Position numbers and translations under genes: made by a program
Origin: a virus
Lineage: Duplodnaviria > Caudoviricetes
Length of the DNA stretch: 64,000 bases
Strand: one strand, 5' to 3'
IMG/VR virus record: IMGVR_UViG_2863231158_000003
Notes under the pieces: generated by a model
What the model saw: the letters and a program-made list of their open reading frames with translations, nothing else
Database searches by the model: none
What the model was told of the DNA's origin: nothing
Shown: in pieces, positions 36,150-45,570 of the stretch
Layout of the letters: each line of letters opens with the position of its first letter
Position numbering within the stretch: the first letter of the stretch is position 1

Positions 36150-36395
36150 TCACGGCTGGCTCCTGGGGTTCTTCGGTTTGGGTTTGAGTAGTCCGTCGGC
36201 GATGGCCATGTGGCGGAGGGCGCGTTCGATGACGACGGCGATCACCTGGCCCGGGTAGCAGTGGGCGATGATCTGCTCGGCTGCGGGGGTGAGGTAGCGG
36301 CGGGCGTTCGGGCGGCCCGGCCTGGCGGGGACGGCGGTGACGCGGCCGCCCCGGTCGACCACCAGGCGGCGCGGCTGCTCGGGCGGTTCGGTCAT
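36150..36395 (-). CDS. Small protein, paralog of 36392-36580
   Basis: YLTPAAEQIIAHCYPGQ...VIERALR..A.ADGLL. Confidence 0.7.
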   Translation of the reverse strand: MTEPPEQPRRLVVDRGGRVTAVPARPGRPNARRYLTPAAEQIIAHCYPGQVIAVVIERALRHMAIADGLLKPKPKNPRSQP

Positions 36396-36580
36396 TGGGG
36401 GCTCCTGCGGGTTTCGCGGCCGGTCTTGATGCGTCCGCTGGGGTCGAGGTGGCCGTCGGCGGCGGCGAGGAGCCGCACGGCGCGGGCGATCACGTCGCGC
36501 TTGGCCTGGCCGCGGTAGCAGCGGGCGAGGATCTCGGCAGTCTGCGCGTCGAGATACACCGGGGTGGGGCGCTCGGTCAC
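36392..36580 (-). CDS. Small protein, paralog of 36150-36395
   Basis: YLDAQTAEILARCYRGQ...VIARAVR..A.ADGHL. Confidence 0.7.
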   Translation of the reverse strand: MTERPTPVYLDAQTAEILARCYRGQAKRDVIARAVRLLAAADGHLDPSGRIKTGRETRRSPQ

Positions 36581-37008
36581 GACGGTCCGCCGTTCGCAGT
36601 CAGGGCCCTGGCCTTTCGCAGCGCGGCAATCAGGTCCAGCACCGGCTCCACGGTCGGGCACTCCACGCCGTCGGCGCAGCAGGGGAGGTTCTCGGCACAG
36701 TGATCTGCGGTGCGGTCCAGCAGGTCGGCCAGGGCGAGCCCTACTGCCGGGTTCATTACTGCGATGTAGATGCCGACCTGCTGATCGACGTAAGCAAAGG
36801 CGTCTGTTCCCTTGGCATGGGCGCCCAAAAGCTGCCCCCATCGGGTGGTCCAGAGCCGGGCGCGGGTGCGCCACTGAGACCCGGGGAACCGGCTGTTGGG
36901 GAAGTCGCAGCGGGCAAACCAGTGGCCGTCGCCCCGGGGGTTGGCGGCGTCAGCGAGGCCCCGGAGTGTTCGGGCTTCGGCGCGGAGTTCGCCAGCGGTT
37001 GTGGTCAT
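36577..37008 (-). CDS. Hypothetical phage protein
   Basis: YIAVMNPAVGLALADLL motif; AAGGAG RBS. Confidence 0.7.
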   Translation of the reverse strand: MTTTAGELRAEARTLRGLADAANPRGDGHWFARCDFPNSRFPGSQWRTRARLWTTRWGQLLGAHAKGTDAFAYVDQQVGIYIAVMNPAVGLALADLLDRTADHCAENLPCCADGVECPTVEPVLDLIAALRKARALTANGGPS

Positions 37009-37067
37009 GTCTACTACTCCTTGCGGTTCAGGGTGGGGCGGCGGCCGGAACCACCGCCCCGGGTGGG

Positions 37068-37730
37068 CTACTTCGTGGCGTCGTCGGCCGTAGCGTCGGT
37101 GAGATGGTGTACCGGCACTGTGATGAGCCGGCCGTCTTCGCAGAGGACGCTCACAGCACCGTCGGGAAGGCGGCTGCTCAGCTGCGCGAACACCTTTTCG
37201 CCCGGGTCTTTGGGGTTCGTGCGGTAGATCAGGAGCGTGTCTGGGGCAGGTCGGGCCGGGACGGGCTGGCCGCTGATCTCGGCGGCTTCCCATGCGTCGA
37301 CTGCGGCTTGCGCTGCCGCATGCTCGGGCCACAGCTGCGCCGGTTCGAACCTCACTCGGTAGCCCTTGGCGAGGCACCCAACGACACGGGGCAGCAGGAG
37401 CGGCTCGGCCCACCGGGGCAGCGCCTGAAGGGGCTCGGGGTCGCGGAGTAGCGCGCCGGACGCTTTCCGGGCAGCCCACATCCAATGCTGCGCGGGGTGC
37501 TCCCACACGAGGGTGATGCCGTGCCGGTGGACGTGCCGGTCGACGGCGGGGTGGTCGGCGTCCCATTCGAGGATGGCGCTGAGCATGCAGGCGACGCCTG
37601 AGTGCTCGTCGTCGCGGTAGCGGTCCAGACTGTCGTCTTCGATCCACATGTCGGATGGCGGGATCTCCTGCTGGGTGCAGGCTTTGACGACGGCGTCGAT
37701 GTACTCGCTGTGGGGCGGTGGCGTGGTCAC
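37068..37730 (-). CDS. Hypothetical protein
   Basis: AGGAGG RBS; protein-like ORF. Confidence 0.7.
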   Translation of the reverse strand: MTTPPPHSEYIDAVVKACTQQEIPPSDMWIEDDSLDRYRDDEHSGVACMLSAILEWDADHPAVDRHVHRHGITLVWEHPAQHWMWAARKASGALLRDPEPLQALPRWAEPLLLPRVVGCLAKGYRVRFEPAQLWPEHAAAQAAVDAWEAAEISGQPVPARPAPDTLLIYRTNPKDPGEKVFAQLSSRLPDGAVSVLCEDGRLITVPVHHLTDATADDATK

Positions 37731-37742
37731 GGTTCCTCCTGG

Positions 37743-38003
37743 TCAGGTGTGGGTGATGTGGAGTCGGCGTCGTCCGCCGCCGAGCTGCTGGTCGGGAATC
37801 ACGCAATAACCGGCGGCCTGCAGTTCGAGCCGGTACTTTTCGAGGCCGTCGGTCTCGCCAGGCCCGTCGTGGAAGACGTTGACCTGCCGACGGCCGTCCT
37901 GGGCGGTGCGCCAGCCGGGGATCCAGTCGTCGCCGACCCATTCGGAGTGCGGGTACGGGGCGAGGACGGCGTCGATGTCGCGGGCCCGGATCAGGCGGGG
38001 CAT
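37743..38003 (-). CDS. Hypothetical protein
   Basis: TGATG coupling to the MazG-like gene. Confidence 0.7.
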   Translation of the reverse strand: MPRLIRARDIDAVLAPYPHSEWVGDDWIPGWRTAQDGRRQVNVFHDGPGETDGLEKYRLELQAAGYCVIPDQQLGGGRRRLHITHT

Positions 38004-38326
38004 CAGGCGTTCACCGCCTGCGCCCGTGCGGCGATCTTCGCGAGCTTCTGGTCGAGGACGTCTTCGGGGGTGCCGGTGATCGAGGCGAGGGCGACGGCGG
38101 CGGTGACGATCACGTCGCAGAGTTCGTCCTGCACGTCAGTGATCGTGTGCGTGATCCCCTTGCGGGGGTTCTGGCCTTGCACGCCGATCCACGCCTGCGC
38201 GACTTCGCCGGTCTCTTCGGTGAGCTTGAGGACGCGCAGGCCGATCTCCTCCTGGCTGCGTCCGTTCTCGCTGTCGAGCCAGGCGACAAGCCGCTTGATC
38301 GTCGTCCACTGGTCGGGAGTGAGCAT
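38003..38326 (-). CDS. MazG-like nucleotide pyrophosphohydrolase
   Basis: KLTEETGEVAQA...GQNPRKG...DELCDV. Confidence 0.88.
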   Translation of the reverse strand: MLTPDQWTTIKRLVAWLDSENGRSQEEIGLRVLKLTEETGEVAQAWIGVQGQNPRKGITHTITDVQDELCDVIVTAAVALASITGTPEDVLDQKLAKIAARAQAVNA

Positions 38327-38345
38327 CAGGTTCCTCCGGGATGGT

Positions 38346-38585
38346 CTAGTTGGTGGGGGTTTCGGTGATGTATTCGATGACGATCTGGTCGTCGCGGGTG
38401 TGGAAGCGCAGGGCGTCGTCGTGGAGCGCCTGGTCCTGGGGGATGTCGTGGTGCTGGCGGTATGCGCGTTCGGCGGCGGCCCAGGTTTTGCCGATCTCGG
38501 CTGCTGCCGCACCCCAGGGTTCGGCGGCGGAGATGAGCCAGCGGTGCACGGTGCGGGTGATCGTCTCGGTGGTGAAGTCAGCCAC
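38346..38585 (-). CDS. Hypothetical protein
   Basis: GAAAGG RBS; VADFTTETITR. Confidence 0.65.
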   Translation of the reverse strand: MADFTTETITRTVHRWLISAAEPWGAAAAEIGKTWAAAERAYRQHHDIPQDQALHDDALRFHTRDDQIVIEYITETPTN

Positions 38586-38861
38586 GAGCGTGGGCCTTTC
38601 GGGATGCAGGATGGGGTCGAGGCGCTGTGCGCCCGTCTGAGGCTCTCGTGACGCGCCGGGCGAGGAATGCCGCCCGGAAGCACCCACGGACCCAGGAAGG
38701 GCGCCTGGAGCCGTTCCTGGGGGCACCCCATGCCCACGAGGTGAGCTTCGAGACGAGAGCGGTAGCGGCGGCGATGAGGAGCGCGACCGCGGCAGCGCCG
38801 AGGACCACCCAGACCACGAGGGCGCGGAGCAGGAGGAACGCCGTGCTCAAGGCCTCGCCGA

Positions 38862-39287
38862 TCACGACGGCCCCTTCGGGGTCTGAAACGTCCACCAGCC
38901 GTCGTAGCCGGCGGGCAGGGCCGGGTAGTGGTTGAGCATCTGCCGGAGGATGGCGAGGTGCTGCTCCTGCACCTCGGGTTCCTGAGCACCCCAGTACCGG
39001 ACGCCATCCCAACGCCCTTGGCAGTCGCCGCCGTACCGGCCATCGAGGTCGGCGGCGAGGATGTTGTGCGGGTCGTCGAGGTTGATGGGCTTGGGGAGGT
39101 AGTGGCTCCACAGCTTGAGCGTGCCGATGCATGCCCGGGTGACACCGTTCTGGCGCCGGAACCAGAGAGCGTCAGCGGTGCCACTGAAGGCGTAGCGGTC
39201 GCCTCGCGGATGCTGGGTTCCGGTGACGGTAGGCAGGTCGACGGCGAACGGCTTGCGGGAGATCAGGAACTTGTCCTCGCGGATCAT
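38862..39287 (-). CDS. Hypothetical protein
   Basis: Coupled ORF MIREDKFLISRKPF. Confidence 0.65.
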   Translation of the reverse strand: MIREDKFLISRKPFAVDLPTVTGTQHPRGDRYAFSGTADALWFRRQNGVTRACIGTLKLWSHYLPKPINLDDPHNILAADLDGRYGGDCQGRWDGVRYWGAQEPEVQEQHLAILRQMLNHYPALPAGYDGWWTFQTPKGPS

Positions 39288-40234
39288 CGGCTGTCTCCTG
39301 CCTGCTGCGCCTCGTAGTTGCACGGGTCTCCGCAGGCTTCGTCGGGGCCGCAGGTGCACGCTGGCTGCGCCTCGTCGGCCATGCGGCGGAGGCGGTGGGC
39401 GAGTCCGGCGGCAACGTCGAGGGAGCGGACGATCGCGTTTGGGTGGAAGTCGATGCCCTCGATCACGTCGGCGGCTTCGCGCAGCACGGCAGCCCGCTCG
39501 GCGCGGAGTCGCGTGGTCTCCTTCTCCGCGCGCTGGCGGCGGGCCATCTCCTGGCCGAGGTGGAAGTCCGCGTTCTCGCGGATCTTCTCGGAACGATCAG
39601 CCCGCTGCTTCAGCTCGGTGATCCGAGCGCGGAGGCCGGCCTGCTCGGCATCCGCCACCGCGATCACAGCGTCGGTGATCGCCTCGTAGAACGGGCGGTT
39701 TCCGTAGGCGGTATCGCCCGCCTGCCGGATCGCCGTCGCGTACCGGTCGCGGCGCTCGGCGTCGGCGAGCACGGGCGGCACGGCAGCGGGCTGCTGCTCA
39801 GCGTTGAACGTGAGGACCGAGACGAGCAGCTCGCGTACTGCGGGCGTCTCCTCGTCGGCGGTCAGCTCGGCGGCATGGCCGCGCAGCGAGTACGCGGCGG
39901 CGACCTCCCACGCCCCGGCGCCGGGGGCGACGGCGTGCCAGCGTGCGGCGAGTACGTCGGCGTGGTGGGCGAGGAGCGCGGCGAGCTGGCCGCGGGTGAG
40001 CGTGACGCTGTCAGCGGGCGCGGACGGCGCGGCGACGGGCGGCTGCTCCTGCTCCGGGATGTACCGGTACCAGTCCAAGCTGTTCATCTCCGCGCTGTCG
40101 ACGAACCGTCCGCGCATGCTCGGCTCGGGTACGAACCAGGGCCCGTTGCCAGGGTCGTAGAACGCGAAGTAGCGGCGGTCGTGGGAAAGGCGGAACTCCC
40201 AGCCTTCGGGGACAGGCGGTCGGCTCATGGTCAA
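39284..40234 (-). CDS. Hypothetical phage protein
   Basis: AGGAG RBS; coiled-coil C-terminal half. Confidence 0.7.
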   Translation of the reverse strand: MTMSRPPVPEGWEFRLSHDRRYFAFYDPGNGPWFVPEPSMRGRFVDSAEMNSLDWYRYIPEQEQPPVAAPSAPADSVTLTRGQLAALLAHHADVLAARWHAVAPGAGAWEVAAAYSLRGHAAELTADEETPAVRELLVSVLTFNAEQQPAAVPPVLADAERRDRYATAIRQAGDTAYGNRPFYEAITDAVIAVADAEQAGLRARITELKQRADRSEKIRENADFHLGQEMARRQRAEKETTRLRAERAAVLREAADVIEGIDFHPNAIVRSLDVAAGLAHRLRRMADEAQPACTCGPDEACGDPCNYEAQQAGDSR

Positions 40235-40285
40235 CTCCTAGTGAGGTGTGCTGAGATCGGTGGTGCGGCCCGCCCCGGTAGCCAC

Positions 40286-42084
40286 GGACGCTGTTGGTTA
40301 ATTCGGGCCGTGTTGCTTCGCCCCGTCGAGTTGCTCGGCGGGGCGAAGTGCTGCGAAGTGGCTGGTGCGGGTGCGGGCTCTGGGTGTTCCGGTGAGGTTG
40401 GCGTCGATGCGGGCGAGGTTGATCGCGGCGCCGGTGAGCTGGTGCTGGAGGCTGGTCTTGGACAGGCCTCGGTAGCGGGATCTGCGCAGGCCGCATCGCA
40501 GGACGCCCTGGGCGATGGTGCCTTCGACTCCGGCACGGATCTTGTATCGCTCTTTCCACTCGTCGGTCTGCTGGAGAGCCCGGGCCCGGTGGAGGACCTC
40601 GTACTCTGCCCACGGCCGCAACGTCAGATCACGGCGGGGGAGCTTGCGTGCAGCAACGTTCGAATGGGTGCACTCGGGCCGCAACGGGCAAGGGGTGCAG
40701 TCACCGGGAGAGAACTGAACGCGGATGACCGGTGCGCCCTGTTGTGAGCGGGCCTGCCGCCACACGGTGCTGGTGTGCCCGGCGGGGCAGGTCACATGCT
40801 GGTTGTCCCAGTCGATGACGAAGGCCTCCTGCCCGAAGACCGCTTCGCCTTGGGACTGGGCGTTGGTGACGGCCTTGAGCGGCCCGTGGAGTTCGACGCC
40901 GTGATCGCGTCGTGCCGCAGTCAGCGCGGGCCCGTTGGCGTATCCGGCGTCCACCCAGTGTTCTGTGGGCAGCAGGCCGTGTGCGGCAAGGCCGTTGTGG
41001 ACGACGACGGCCATCCGGTCGTCGGATACCGCTCCGGTGGTGGTGACCACGTTCGTGATCAGGTGCACGGCGTCCGGCTCGCAGGTCTCGGTCAAGTGGA
41101 CCTTGTAGCCGTCCCAGCGGGTCTCGTTCTTCCGGCCGCAGCGTGCCTCGATGTCATAAGGGCTGACCAGACGCAGGGCGCTGGGCGGTCGGTCTTTTGG
41201 GCCTCGGCGGGCCACCTCGCCCTCCACCAGGTGGAAGTGCTGGACCCAGACCTGCCGCAGGGCCTCCACCTCCGGCAGTACGCGTAGCCGGTCGGCCCCG
41301 TCCGCACAGGCCACGGCCTTCAGCAGGCGCATCCCGTCCGCCCCGATCCGCAGACCGACCTCGGTTCTCTCGGAGCGGGCCTGAGGGAATCGCGATTCTT
41401 CGGCACGGGTGGCGTAGTGGCGAAACCAGTCCGGCTCAGCCACCTCCACCAGCCACTCGGGGGCGACCTCGGCCAGCGCGTTCAGTGCGGACCGCAGGGT
41501 CTCCGCGACGTGTTCCAGCCAGTTCAGCTCACGGGCCGCACCATGCACATGCGTGGAGTCGGTCCTGGCCCGGCCGCCGGGCTTGAGCAACCCGCGCTTT
41601 CGGGCCGCGTCCAAGATCCCGTTCAGGACCTGCCGTCCGGCCTCGGCGGCGATCAGACGGTCCCTGAACTCCGAGAGCACCGAGTAGTCGAACCCCGGGT
41701 CACTGAGTTCAAGCCCGAGTGCGTACTTCACGTCGATCCTCGCCCGCACCGCCTCCGCGGCCTGCCGGTCAGTCAGTCCCTCCACGAACTGCCACACCAG
41801 CACAAACGCAAGCCGGCCAGGCGACCAAGCAGGCTTGCCCCGCGTGGGAAACAGCCCCACGAACTCCTCGTCGCAAAACAGCACACCCAGCTCGTCCCGA
41901 ACCCGGATTGCCAGGCTTCCCTTCGGGAAAGCCGCCCGGGCCACCCGCACCGTCTCTGCGGGAACCTCCTGCGGCTCCCTCACCCGCAACGACACCGCCG
42001 ACCTCCGCACGCACGACGTCGGCCCCCGAGAGCAAGTCTCGGGGGCCGACAAGGTCACACGCAGTCAATTCGCCAACAGCGTCC
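40286..42084 (-). mobile_element. IS1182-family insertion sequence, 1799 bp
   Basis: Terminal IRs GGACGCTGTTGG(TT/CG)AATT; 9-bp target duplication GGTAGCCAC at 40277-40285 and 42085-42093. Confidence 0.93.
40298..41995 (-). CDS. IS1182-family transposase
   Basis: ARAAFPKG, TDRQAAEAVRARID.KYALGL, RTDSTHV, WDGYKVHLTETC, VDAGY, RAGVEGTI. Confidence 0.95.
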   Translation of the reverse strand: MSLRVREPQEVPAETVRVARAAFPKGSLAIRVRDELGVLFCDEEFVGLFPTRGKPAWSPGRLAFVLVWQFVEGLTDRQAAEAVRARIDVKYALGLELSDPGFDYSVLSEFRDRLIAAEAGRQVLNGILDAARKRGLLKPGGRARTDSTHVHGAARELNWLEHVAETLRSALNALAEVAPEWLVEVAEPDWFRHYATRAEESRFPQARSERTEVGLRIGADGMRLLKAVACADGADRLRVLPEVEALRQVWVQHFHLVEGEVARRGPKDRPPSALRLVSPYDIEARCGRKNETRWDGYKVHLTETCEPDAVHLITNVVTTTGAVSDDRMAVVVHNGLAAHGLLPTEHWVDAGYANGPALTAARRDHGVELHGPLKAVTNAQSQGEAVFGQEAFVIDWDNQHVTCPAGHTSTVWRQARSQQGAPVIRVQFSPGDCTPCPLRPECTHSNVAARKLPRRDLTLRPWAEYEVLHRARALQQTDEWKERYKIRAGVEGTIAQGVLRCGLRRSRYRGLSKTSLQHQLTGAAINLARIDANLTGTPRARTRTSHFAALRPAEQLDGAKQHGPN

Positions 42085-42109
42085 GGTAGCCACGGGGCGG
42101 GCCGTCCTG

Positions 42110-42733
42110 TCAGACATGGCGGAACGTGATCTCCGCGAGCTCGGCGCGCGCGTCGGCGATCGTGGTGCGGCCGTTCGCGAGGTCGTAGATCAGGCCGACG
42201 GCGTGGTACTCGCCGCTGTCGGTGGCGTCGCGGAGGCGGCTGGCGATCTCGGAGATCAGCTCGAACACGTTGCTGTCGGCGTCGCCGTCGTCCTGGGGGT
42301 CGGGCTCGTCAAGGGACGCGTCGGCGTCGGCGAGGGCCTGCTCGAACCCCTCGACGAGGTTGGTGCGCATCTCCTCCGGCATGACCGGGGAGAACGCGAA
42401 GTGGACCCGGGCCAGGGCCTGCTCGCCCGCGTCGAGGGTGATCTCGGAGGCGGATGGCATGAGGCCATCGGCGCCGAGGTTGATCGCCCACTCGGACACG
42501 TCAGCCGCGCCCTGGATGTACGCGTGGATCGCGGCGGCCGGGGCGCCCAGGTCCGGGGTGTCGACGGCCTCGGTCCACGTGGGCCCGCGGCCGTCGGGGG
42601 TCTGGGTGCTCTCGATGCGGGCGTCGAGCATGGCCGCGTAGGCGCCTTCAGGGCTCGACCCGGGTGCGTGGGCGGAGAGCTGGCGGGCGGCTTCGGCGCG
42701 GAGGTCGGCGTCGGTGTACGGGCGGTCAGGCAC
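42110..42733 (-). CDS. Hypothetical phage protein
   Basis: AAGGAG RBS; RPYTDADLRAEAARQ. Confidence 0.75.
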   Translation of the reverse strand: MPDRPYTDADLRAEAARQLSAHAPGSSPEGAYAAMLDARIESTQTPDGRGPTWTEAVDTPDLGAPAAAIHAYIQGAADVSEWAINLGADGLMPSASEITLDAGEQALARVHFAFSPVMPEEMRTNLVEGFEQALADADASLDEPDPQDDGDADSNVFELISEIASRLRDATDSGEYHAVGLIYDLANGRTTIADARAELAEITFRHV

Positions 42734-42773
42734 GGTGTGCTCCTTCGTGGTGTCGGGACGGCGGCCGGGCTAC

Positions 42774-43355
42774 TCACTCGCTGGTCTGGGCGCACGCACT
42801 ACCGCGCAGCGCCTCGATCTCCTCGCGGGACAGACGGCGAACACGGACGCGGCTGGAGTCCTCGCTCTCGACCGCGGTGACCACCCAGAGGCCGGGGGCC
42901 ACCGGGCCGATCTGCTTCTCGATCTCGATCCGGTCGCCGACGGCCAGCTCCTGGAGCAGCACGTCGCCGCCCTCCAGCTCGATGTCGCTGGCGCTGAGGA
43001 CGACGTCGGCCCGGACGGGCCACCACGTCTCGTGCGCGTCCTGCCGGCACAGCGCGCACAGCCCGCCGTGCCGAGTCCGCTCCGAGCACACGCGGCAGGT
43101 GGTCACCGGCCGGGCCGGAGGCTCCCCGCCGCGCATGACGGCCACGCAGTCCGGGCACAGCCCCTCGGGCAGCTCGCCGTCCGGGCTGGTCTCGGAGAGG
43201 GGTCCGTCGGGGACGACGGCCAGGGCCATGCAGCCGGTCAGGGCGAGCGCACCGGGCTGAGGGGCAGGGAAGAAGAGCGGCGCCGGGAAGAGGTGCCGGT
43301 ACTGCGGGTCGGCGTCGGCGTGGGGGCTGCGGGGGTTGGGGTCGAGCTTGGTCAT
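42774..43355 (-). CDS. Cys-rich hypothetical protein
   Basis: CPDC, CRVC, CALC motifs; AGGAG RBS. Confidence 0.7.
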   Translation of the reverse strand: MTKLDPNPRSPHADADPQYRHLFPAPLFFPAPQPGALALTGCMALAVVPDGPLSETSPDGELPEGLCPDCVAVMRGGEPPARPVTTCRVCSERTRHGGLCALCRQDAHETWWPVRADVVLSASDIELEGGDVLLQELAVGDRIEIEKQIGPVAPGLWVVTAVESEDSSRVRVRRLSREEIEALRGSACAQTSE

Positions 43356-43429
43356 GTGCTGCTCCTGGTGGGCGGGTTGGGGTGGTGGGTGGTTGGGGTG
43401 TGGGGTGGGCTGTATCCGGATGCGCGCGG

Positions 43430-43672
43430 TCAGGCGGCTTGCTTCCATCCGTCGGCGGCCCACCGCCATACCGTGCGGGGGTGTACGCCGACGATGCGGG
43501 CGATCTCTGTGCCGGGCAGCTGGCCGTGGAGGCCGCGGGCGACCAGTACGCGCTCGAGGCGGGTCAGGCTGTCGGTCGGGCGGCGTTCGCGCACGATCAC
43601 GTCGATGTCGTAGGTGTCGGCCTCCCGCCAGCAGGGGCGGGCCTCATGCCAGCCGGTCCTTCCGGTGCTCAT
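43430..43672 (-). CDS. Small HTH protein
   Basis: EIARIVGVHPRTVWRW. Confidence 0.75.
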   Translation of the reverse strand: MSTGRTGWHEARPCWREADTYDIDVIVRERRPTDSLTRLERVLVARGLHGQLPGTEIARIVGVHPRTVWRWAADGWKQAA

Positions 43673-43974
43673 GCGGCGGTCTCCTGGGCTTCCTGCTGGC
43701 GGCGGTCGTGGACGGTGGCCAGGGCACGGCCGTCGTCGTGGCAGGGCACGGTCGGCGTGACCTGGCATTCGGGGCAGCAGGCGATGGTCTGCGCCCACGC
43801 GGAGATCCGCTGCGGGTGCGGCTCGGTCAGGAGCCGGTTCGCGGTGCGCAAGCGGCACGGCTTGTGCGCGGCCACCCCGCAGTGCGGGCACGGCACCGAC
43901 CGGGCCGGATGCTGCTTCGCGCGCATCCAGTGACGGAGCTGCTCGGGCATCGGGGCACCGGAGTGGAGAGTCAT
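43669..43974 (-). CDS. Zinc-finger protein
   Basis: Two CPxC...C...H..R units. Confidence 0.7.
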   Translation of the reverse strand: MTLHSGAPMPEQLRHWMRAKQHPARSVPCPHCGVAAHKPCRLRTANRLLTEPHPQRISAWAQTIACCPECQVTPTVPCHDDGRALATVHDRRQQEAQETAA

Positions 43975-44591
43975 CGAGCCGCCTCCGCTTCGTTCGCGGT
44001 CTCCAGCAGGACGTCGGCGTGGCACGCGAGTTCCGGAGCGCACCAGCACATGAGGTCCCGGCCGACCAGTTCGGCGCGGGCTTCGCCGACGAGCCGGGCG
44101 CGGGCCTTCAGGTGGGACCGGTACGCGTCGACAGCGAACCGATGCGCCTCGGACTTGTCGGCGAACGTGCCGACCGTTCCGCCGCTGTCGTGGCTGACTG
44201 CCCAGCCGCCGTCAGCTTTCAGGACTCGGTTCGGGTTGCCCCAGCGGCTGCCACGGCCGACGTACTTGGCGCCGTTCGAGCTCCAGTCCCTGGTGCGCTT
44301 CCGCTGGATGCGCTCTGGGGTGGTCTTGATGCGCGCCGGGAGGAACGTGGCCTGCTTCCCGGCCGCGATGTCGAGCCACAGGAACTCGCCCATCGTCCGG
44401 TCGCTGTTGACGCGGAAGAGCGCGTCAGCGCACTCGGGGCGGCCCATCTCGGTGAGGACGGGCGTGATGTGCGGGCGGGCGTGTTCGACGACTGTCCGGC
44501 TGAGTTCGGTGATGTCGCGGGTCTTCACGGTCAGCGACGGCGCGGGGCGACTGCCGCCGAGTGCTCCGAATTCGATCTCGTAGATGGCCAT
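43971..44591 (-). CDS. DUF4326 domain protein
   Basis: YVGRGSRWGNP...ELVGRDLMCWC...CHADVL. Confidence 0.85.
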   Translation of the reverse strand: MAIYEIEFGALGGSRPAPSLTVKTRDITELSRTVVEHARPHITPVLTEMGRPECADALFRVNSDRTMGEFLWLDIAAGKQATFLPARIKTTPERIQRKRTRDWSSNGAKYVGRGSRWGNPNRVLKADGGWAVSHDSGGTVGTFADKSEAHRFAVDAYRSHLKARARLVGEARAELVGRDLMCWCAPELACHADVLLETANEAEAAR

Positions 44592-44935
44592 CAGTTCTCC
44601 TCGGTGTCGGTGCTGGGGCAGTTGCCGCAGTCGCAGGGCTGATCAGGTCGGTGGGTCTGGTTGCTGTAGTGGCGGGCCGCCGCGCGCCACACTGGGGCCG
44701 GGATCTGCCAGTCCCGCGGCGGGCCCGGCGGGCTGCTGCCGGTCGGCCAGGCGCCAGGTCGGTGACCGGGCGGCGACGGCGGGGCGGGCGGTGGCGCCGG
44801 GGACTCGCGGCGGGCGCGGCCGATGTCGATCTGCGCCCGCAGCAGCGCCCGCAACTCCGCACGCCCCTCACCACGCACGGCACGTATGTCGGCTGGCTGG
44901 ATGCCGTCGTCGTCAGGAATCCGGGCATCGCTCAC
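44591..44935 (-). CDS. Hypothetical protein
   Basis: Coupled ORF; PGHRPGAWP motif, CDCGNC end. Confidence 0.6.
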   Translation of the reverse strand: MSDARIPDDDGIQPADIRAVRGEGRAELRALLRAQIDIGRARRESPAPPPAPPSPPGHRPGAWPTGSSPPGPPRDWQIPAPVWRAAARHYSNQTHRPDQPCDCGNCPSTDTEEN

Positions 44936-45570
44936 GAGACGGCCTCCTCGTCGACGGAGTGCTCGTCCTCCGCCTCGCGGGCCAGGTGGCGAGCGGACGC
45001 TGCACGCCGACGTTCCATCTCCGCCTGCTCGGCCGCCGGATTGGAGGCCTCGCCGGTGCGGGCCGGGTGCGGGGCGCGCTCCTTGCCGCCCGGGGTCCGG
45101 CACGGCCGGCCGATCGCCGCACCGCAGTTGGGGCACTCGATGCCGAGGGGGCCGGGCCGGCGTACCGGCTTCTGCTCGTCGGGGATTTCTTTGCCGACGC
45201 CAGCGAGGAGTTGGGCTACCGGCCGCTTCTTCAACTCGAGGCCGTCCGCGGCGCGGGTGCGCTGGCCGCGGAGCGCCGACAGGTAGGCCTGTACGTCGTC
45301 GGGGTCGGCGTCGGGGATCTCGGCGGACAGGCCGGGGCCCTGGTAGCCGTCGGCGCGGTCGTCCCGCTGCTTGCGGATCTCCGCGATGATCTCGGCGGGG
45401 CTGATGAACGGCTGCTTGCGGGCGACAGTCGCCGCAGCGGCTCGGGCGTCTGCGAGACGGAAGTCTGCGAGGACGTCGTGCCATGCGTCGGGGGTGAACT
45501 CGTCGAACTTCTGCTGCGGGCAGAGGGCTTTGACGTAGCGGGCGAGCATCACCGTTTCGTTCGGGTTCAT
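44932..45570 (-). CDS. Replication-associated protein (helicase-loader/inhibitor-like) with zinc finger
   Basis: AWHDVL...FISPAEII; directly follows the initiator; CPNC...C...H..R. Confidence 0.6.
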   Translation of the reverse strand: MNPNETVMLARYVKALCPQQKFDEFTPDAWHDVLADFRLADARAAAATVARKQPFISPAEIIAEIRKQRDDRADGYQGPGLSAEIPDADPDDVQAYLSALRGQRTRAADGLELKKRPVAQLLAGVGKEIPDEQKPVRRPGPLGIECPNCGAAIGRPCRTPGGKERAPHPARTGEASNPAAEQAEMERRRAASARHLAREAEDEHSVDEEAVS

